Assembly: GCA_036676985.1 (NCBI GenBank)
Contig: JAKFBU010000027.1
Span: forward strand, 192,001-256,000
Origin: Candidatus Sericytochromatia bacterium
Lineage (GTDB): Bacteria; Cyanobacteriota; Sericytochromatia; S15B-MN24; UBA4093
DNA length: 64,000 nucleotides
Reading direction: 5' to 3'
Positions 59,459-64,000 of this stretch are shown here, piece by piece (position 1 is the first letter of the stretch; each line of letters starts with the position of its first letter). Under the pieces are notes generated by a model that did not search any database, was not told the origin of the DNA, and saw only the letters and a program-made list of their open reading frames with translations. Both the position numbers and the translations under genes were made by a program.

Positions 59459-60772
59459 TTGAAACGCTTCGCCCTTGCGATCGCCCTCCCCATGCTCCTC
59501 GTCGGCCCCGCGCTCGCCGCCGACCCGGGACAGCAGGCCAAGGCCCTGATGAAAGGGTACTTCGACTCCTACGTCGCGGACCTGCGCACCATCACGAACA
59601 TCGACTCGGGCACCGGGGACGCGGAGGGCAGCCGGAAGATCGCGGAGTTCCTCAAGGGCAAGCTCGAACCCATGGGGGCAAAGGTCGAATTCCGGAGCAA
59701 CGCCCGCTCGACCCACGTCATCGCCCGCTTCAAGGGTGAAGGCCGGCTCAAGCTCCTCTTGATGGCGCACACGGACACGGTGTTCCTCAAGGGCGACGCC
59801 GCCAAGCGTCCCTTCCGGATGGACGCCCAGCGCCGGGCATACGGCCCGGGGGTTGGAGACGACAAGGCCACGGTCATGCAGACCGTCTACGCCATGCAGG
59901 TCCTCAAGGACCTGGACCACCGCAAGTACGGCGAGATCGTCCTCTACTTCGACGGCGAGGAAGAGACGGGCTCGGACCTGACGGAGGCCATCATCAAAGA
60001 GCTTTCCGCCAAGGTCGACGCGGTGCTCGTCCTGGATACGGCGCGCCCCAACTGGGGCATCGTGACCAAGCGCAAGGGCCGGGCCGAGTACGAGATCAAG
60101 GTATCCGGCCGCTCGGGGCATGCGGGTAACGCGGCCCACCACGCGGCGAGTGCGGTCATGGAGCTCGGGTACCAGCTCACGAAGCTGCACCAGCTGGCGA
60201 GCCCGTTGCCCAAGGATCCCGGCGCCTTCACGCGCGAGAGCCTGGAGCAGCGGGGCATCAAGGAGCACGGGCAGTTCGTGCCGGCCAACACCATCAACGT
60301 GGGGGTGATCCAGACGCCCAACCAGAAGCTGAACGTCATCCCGGACCAGGCGGTGGCGAAGCTGGAAGTGCGCTGCTTCGAGACCAAGGAGCAGGAGCGG
60401 CTGGACCGGGCCATCCGGGCGCTGGCAAAGCAGCCGACGGTGGGTGGGACGACGGTGACGGTCACGGGCGAGATGACGGGCACGCCCATGGAGAAGACTC
60501 CTGCGGTGCAGGTGCTCGTGGATGCCTACCGGGACGTGGTGAAGCGGGAGTACGGGGCGGAGGTCATCGAGTACTCGGCGGGCGGGCTGACGGACGGGAA
60601 CATCTCGTCGCCCTACGCGCCGACCATCGATGCCCTGGGCATCGAGAACTACGACGAGCACACGGACCGGGAATGGGTGGACCTGAACACGGTCGAACCG
60701 CGGACGGTGGCACTCGTGAGGCTGATCCAGGAGCTCGAGGGGCGGCTGGATTTGCTCAAGAAGGCGCGGTAA
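59459..60772 (+). CDS. Secreted M20 metallopeptidase (carboxypeptidase G2-like)
   Basis: Signal peptide; AHTDTVF, GPGVGDDK, GEEETGS, GHAG, GGLTDGN, HTDREW. Confidence 0.9.
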   Translation: MKRFALAIALPMLLVGPALAADPGQQAKALMKGYFDSYVADLRTITNIDSGTGDAEGSRKIAEFLKGKLEPMGAKVEFRSNARSTHVIARFKGEGRLKLLLMAHTDTVFLKGDAAKRPFRMDAQRRAYGPGVGDDKATVMQTVYAMQVLKDLDHRKYGEIVLYFDGEEETGSDLTEAIIKELSAKVDAVLVLDTARPNWGIVTKRKGRAEYEIKVSGRSGHAGNAAHHAASAVMELGYQLTKLHQLASPLPKDPGAFTRESLEQRGIKEHGQFVPANTINVGVIQTPNQKLNVIPDQAVAKLEVRCFETKEQERLDRAIRALAKQPTVGGTTVTVTGEMTGTPMEKTPAVQVLVDAYRDVVKREYGAEVIEYSAGGLTDGNISSPYAPTIDALGIENYDEHTDREWVDLNTVEPRTVALVRLIQELEGRLDLLKKAR

Positions 60773-60931
60773 CGCGGTTCTTTCGGCTGCTCACTTTACC
60801 CCCCCTTCCCCCCCTGCCTCGCAAGGGGGGCACAAAGAGTCCTGCTGCGCAGGTTTTGACGCGTGAGAAACCTTTGAGGAATCTGCCCCCGCCAGGGGGC
60901 CGTCCACCAAAAGCCCCCCTTGCGAAGCAGG

Positions 60932-62200
60932 TGTATAGACCGGACACATGGGTAACAGGTGTTCGGGGACATGGGTAACACTTACCCATCCACTCTGAGG
61001 TCTACTTCTGCCACCCGTTGGTGGCAGAAGTAGACCTCGAATCTTCCGTCATCCAGGGTGGGGCGCAGGGCTACGGGCAGCCCCTTGAAAGCAATGCCCA
61101 CCTTATGAATTCGGTTCTTGTAATGGATTTCGCCCTTCTGCTGGACCTTACGCACGATATCGTCCGGACCGTATTCGATGGGCGGTAGCTGCTCGGGGTA
61201 GTCACGCCAACTCACCCGGTAGCGGCTTCCCGGGACGTCCATGTTCAAGGCCGAGTGCGGGCGTTCGTAGTTGTAGACGTGCAGCCACTCGTCAAAGTGG
61301 TACTGGCAGTGTTTCAGGTCTCTAAAGCTACGGTTGTTAAGGACTTCCGCCTTGAGCGTCCGGTGGAAGCGCTCGTCCTTTCCCTGCGTCTGGGGGTGGA
61401 AAGGCCGAGAATGACTCACACGGATACCCAGCCGCATGAGCCATACCGTGAAGGCCGTGTAGTCATGCATCCCAGAGGATCCCCAAGGCGGCCCATTGTC
61501 CATGGACATCCTGTCGGGGAGACCATATCGCCGGAAGGCCTCGGTTAAGCGGGATTGGACCGTGCCTCCCTTTTCGTTTGGGCACGCCTCGAGGACCAAG
61601 GCGTAGCGCGAGTGGTCGTCTAGAACCGTCAGGGGATGGCATTTGCCTTCCCCCGTCTCGAAGTAGCCTTTGAAATCCATCTGCCAGAGTTGGTTGGGAG
61701 CCTTGTGCTCGAAACGTTGCCAAGGCTTGTGCTTCTTGGCTTCCTTGGGGTCGAGAAGACCATGCTTACGGAGGATCTCGGTGATCGTCGAAGCCGCGGG
61801 CACCCCTTCTACCCCTAGCTTGATCAAGCGAGACCTGAGCAATCGCCCACCCCAAGCAGGGTGTGCCTGACGTAGCGTCAGGATTCGCTCCACTACTGCA
61901 TCAGGCGTCTGCTTGGGTGACGAATGGGGACGTCTAGTTCGGTCTTCTAGACCGCTCAGTCCAGCTTCTTTGAAGCGATGGAGCCACTTGTAGGCTGTCT
62001 TCGGGGCGATTCCAAAGCGTCGACAAAGTTGAGAGATATTAGCCCCCGGGGCACTGGCCAGGAGCACGAACTCGGTTCGCAAAGACATGGTTGAAACCTC
62101 TCGCCATGGCATCGATCGTCCTCCTTCTTGGAAGACGATCGTGCCTCAGAGTGTTACCCATGTCTCCGAACGAGTGTTACCTATGTCCCCGGTCTATACA
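60932..62200 (-). mobile_element. IS481-family insertion sequence, 1269 bp
   Basis: TGT...ACA ends; 50-bp IRs (43/50 identical); 5-bp target duplication GCAGG (60927-60931 and 62201-62205); lower GC. Confidence 0.95.
60982..62112 (-). CDS. IS481-family DDE transposase
   Basis: MPWREVS N-terminus; HTH; WQMDFKG, LDDHSR, DNG, PQTQGKDERFHRTLK, YNYERPH. Confidence 0.96.
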   Translation of the reverse strand: MPWREVSTMSLRTEFVLLASAPGANISQLCRRFGIAPKTAYKWLHRFKEAGLSGLEDRTRRPHSSPKQTPDAVVERILTLRQAHPAWGGRLLRSRLIKLGVEGVPAASTITEILRKHGLLDPKEAKKHKPWQRFEHKAPNQLWQMDFKGYFETGEGKCHPLTVLDDHSRYALVLEACPNEKGGTVQSRLTEAFRRYGLPDRMSMDNGPPWGSSGMHDYTAFTVWLMRLGIRVSHSRPFHPQTQGKDERFHRTLKAEVLNNRSFRDLKHCQYHFDEWLHVYNYERPHSALNMDVPGSRYRVSWRDYPEQLPPIEYGPDDIVRKVQQKGEIHYKNRIHKVGIAFKGLPVALRPTLDDGRFEVYFCHQRVAEVDLRVDG

Positions 62201-62231
62201 GCAGGGGGGGAAGGGGGGGTGGTAACTCGGT

Positions 62232-62702
62232 TCAGGGCAACTTCGGCTGCACCGGCCGCGGCACCTCGGGGTTCACCTCGAGCAACCGCACCTCGTCCCC
62301 CACCCGCATGGTGCCGCCCACCACCACCCGGGCCAGCTGCCCGCGCCGGCCCCAGCTCTCCTTGAGCAACCCCGGGCGGATCCGGTTGACCTTCGAGCAG
62401 GGCACGCACGTCATCGTCAGCTCCACCACCACCTCGGGCCCGAGCGCGATCCGCTGCCCCGGCGGCAAGGTCTCCAGGGGAATCCCCGCCACCAGGACGT
62501 TCTCCTTCAGCGCTCCCGGCGCAAGTCCCAGCGCCTCCCGGTCCGCGTCATCCAGCAAGAGCACCTGGCGCTTGCCGCCTGCCCGCTTCATGAAGTGGCG
62601 ATCGCCCACCAGGCCCCGCTCCGCCACCGCCTCGGCCACCGCCACCGGCGTCACGGGCGTCTCGCGCTCCATGGCCAGGTGCAGCCCCACGATCTCCGCC
62701 AT
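62232..62702 (-). CDS. MOSC domain protein
   Basis: GLVGDRH, RQVLL, EN, CVPC, RGQLARVVVGG...VGD. Confidence 0.88.
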   Translation of the reverse strand: MAEIVGLHLAMERETPVTPVAVAEAVAERGLVGDRHFMKRAGGKRQVLLLDDADREALGLAPGALKENVLVAGIPLETLPPGQRIALGPEVVVELTMTCVPCSKVNRIRPGLLKESWGRRGQLARVVVGGTMRVGDEVRLLEVNPEVPRPVQPKLP

Positions 62703-62705
62703 CCG

Positions 62706-63869
62706 CTACTCCTTGATCCGGCCGTACTTGCGCATGACGTCCTTCAGGCGATCGAGCGGCAAGGCGAAGACCTTGTTCCCATCCCGTCCCTCGGTCGTCG
62801 TGGCCATGGTCAGCGCGTTGCCGATGGCCTCCTCGACGGCCTCGGCCGTCGCCTCGAAGAGGGGCGTGAGGTGCGTGTTGTCGTAGGCCGTGATGGCCAT
62901 GGTGGGCTCGTCCGGATAGTGCGGCACCACCGTCGCCGTCGAGAAGGCGAGCATGAAGTCCCCAGAGCTGTGCGCCGCCGGGCTGCCCGTCCGTGCGAGC
63001 CCCATGGCCGCGCGCTTGGCCACCCGCTGGAGCTGATGAGGCAAGAGGGGCGCGTCGGTCGCCACGATGGCGATAATCGAGCCCTCGCCAGGCTTGCGGA
63101 GGGGCATGAGATCGGAGATCTCGCGACCCACGGGCACCCCGTCGATGCGCAGGGCCGAGCGTGCGCCCATGTTGCAGTTCACGAGCACGCCCACCGTGTA
63201 GCCGCCGGCGTCTTTCGGCAGCACCCGGCTCGCGGAGCCGATGCCCCCCTTGAAGCGGTAGCTCACCATGCCCGTGCCCGCCCCCACGGCTCCCTCGGCC
63301 ACCGGCCCGGTCTTGGCGCCCTCGATGGCCGCGAGCACGTCCTGCGGCTGCACGTGCCGCCCTCGCTGGTCGTTGAGGAAGGAGTCGTCGCACTCGGCCA
63401 CCACCGGGAGGACCACGTCGTCGGTGATGCCCATCTGGGGATAGCGCTTCGCCATCCAGGTGACGACGGCGTCCGAGACCTTGCCGACGCTCAGGGTGTC
63501 CGTGAGCAGGATCGGCGTCTCCAGCCAGCCTGCCTCGTTGATCCAGCTGAGGCCCGTCATTTCACCGTTGCCGTTGAGGACGAAGCCGCCGGCGAAGACC
63601 TTCTTGTTCCAGACGTCGTCGCGGGGCACGATGGCCGTCACGCCCGTGCGCACGGGGCCCTGGCCGGGCACGAGCTTGCCCGAGCCGCGGTTCAGCGTGA
63701 CCTGGCCAACCTTGACGCCGGCCACGTCCGTGATGGCGTTCCAGCGGCCGGTCGGATACTGGCCGATGGCGACGCCGAGCTCGCGCAGGCGCTGGCGCGG
63801 GGGCTCGGCCGCGAGGGCCGAGGTCGATAGGGTGACGAGGGCGAGGGCAGCGACGGCGATGCGGGACAT
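62706..63869 (-). CDS. dmpA: Secreted DmpA/BapA-family (P1/S58) aminopeptidase
   Basis: Signal peptide; NAITDV.GV.VG, RTGVT, NGNGE, ECDD, GAGTGM, KGGIGSASR, autocleavage site G-SII, ATDAPL, SGD. Confidence 0.9.
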   Translation of the reverse strand: MSRIAVAALALVTLSTSALAAEPPRQRLRELGVAIGQYPTGRWNAITDVAGVKVGQVTLNRGSGKLVPGQGPVRTGVTAIVPRDDVWNKKVFAGGFVLNGNGEMTGLSWINEAGWLETPILLTDTLSVGKVSDAVVTWMAKRYPQMGITDDVVLPVVAECDDSFLNDQRGRHVQPQDVLAAIEGAKTGPVAEGAVGAGTGMVSYRFKGGIGSASRVLPKDAGGYTVGVLVNCNMGARSALRIDGVPVGREISDLMPLRKPGEGSIIAIVATDAPLLPHQLQRVAKRAAMGLARTGSPAAHSSGDFMLAFSTATVVPHYPDEPTMAITAYDNTHLTPLFEATAEAVEEAIGNALTMATTTEGRDGNKVFALPLDRLKDVMRKYGRIKE

Positions 63870-63979
63870 GGAAGCTCCTCCAGGCAGGCGTGCAGCTTCC
63901 AAGGTGCGACAGCGGACATTGCCTGTCAAGCGCGGGATGCAGGGCCGGCCCGGCGGGGTAAGATGGAAGCGGAGGACGT

Positions 63980-64000
63980 ATGGCCGACGCCACGATACAG
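63980..64000 (+). CDS. Start of a gene running off the window end
   Basis: GGAGG SD then ATG GCC GAC GCC ACG ATA CAG. Confidence 0.45.

Larger units (their letters stand above)
60798..62220. repeat. 149-bp palindromic doublet (34-bp inverted ends) interrupted by IS481
   Basis: Left arm 60798-60831; right arm = 60913-60931 joined to 62206-62220; 33/34 identical once the IS and one target copy are removed. Confidence 0.85.

Noticed and set aside
60941-60980. Tandem 17-bp repeats resembling a mini CRISPR array or iterons
   Set aside because: Only two copies with 6-nt gaps, mirrored at the other IS end; they are part of the IS inverted repeats. No cas genes and no array anywhere in the window.

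Overview
A 64-kb window of a GC-rich (roughly 68% GC by eye) diderm bacterial chromosome, mostly housekeeping and envelope genes: secD/secF, mrp with a Cys-tailed MarR, a lipid A/LPS-type cluster, dnaX-mltG-yqeG-PNP-PBP1A, the coaD operon, a Kef-type antiporter, typA, a large GGDEF+HD-GYP protein, icd, tRNA-Glu, thpR, a Ycf46-like AAA ATPase, DUF3370, an orphan NuoF-like protein and three secreted peptidases. Several families are typical of cyanobacteria but there are no photosynthesis genes here, which suggests (inference) a non-photosynthetic Cyanobacteriota relative such as Sericytochromatia. There is one intact IS481-family element and no CRISPR array, prophage or integrase. Best leads: (1) a secreted stand-alone bacterial homologue of the beta-propeller domain of fungal aldos-2-ulose dehydratase in a lower-GC patch beside tRNA-Glu; (2) IS481 inserted into one arm of a 149-bp C-run/G-run palindromic doublet, with a related doublet elsewhere supplying a gene's stop codon; (3) an O-antigen-ligase-like/LpxB-like fusion; (4) a Cys-tailed MarR with a candidate operator over the mrp promoter; (5) a possible extracellular cyanophycin-scavenging peptidase trio. 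All family assignments come from motif recognition by eye, not database searches.
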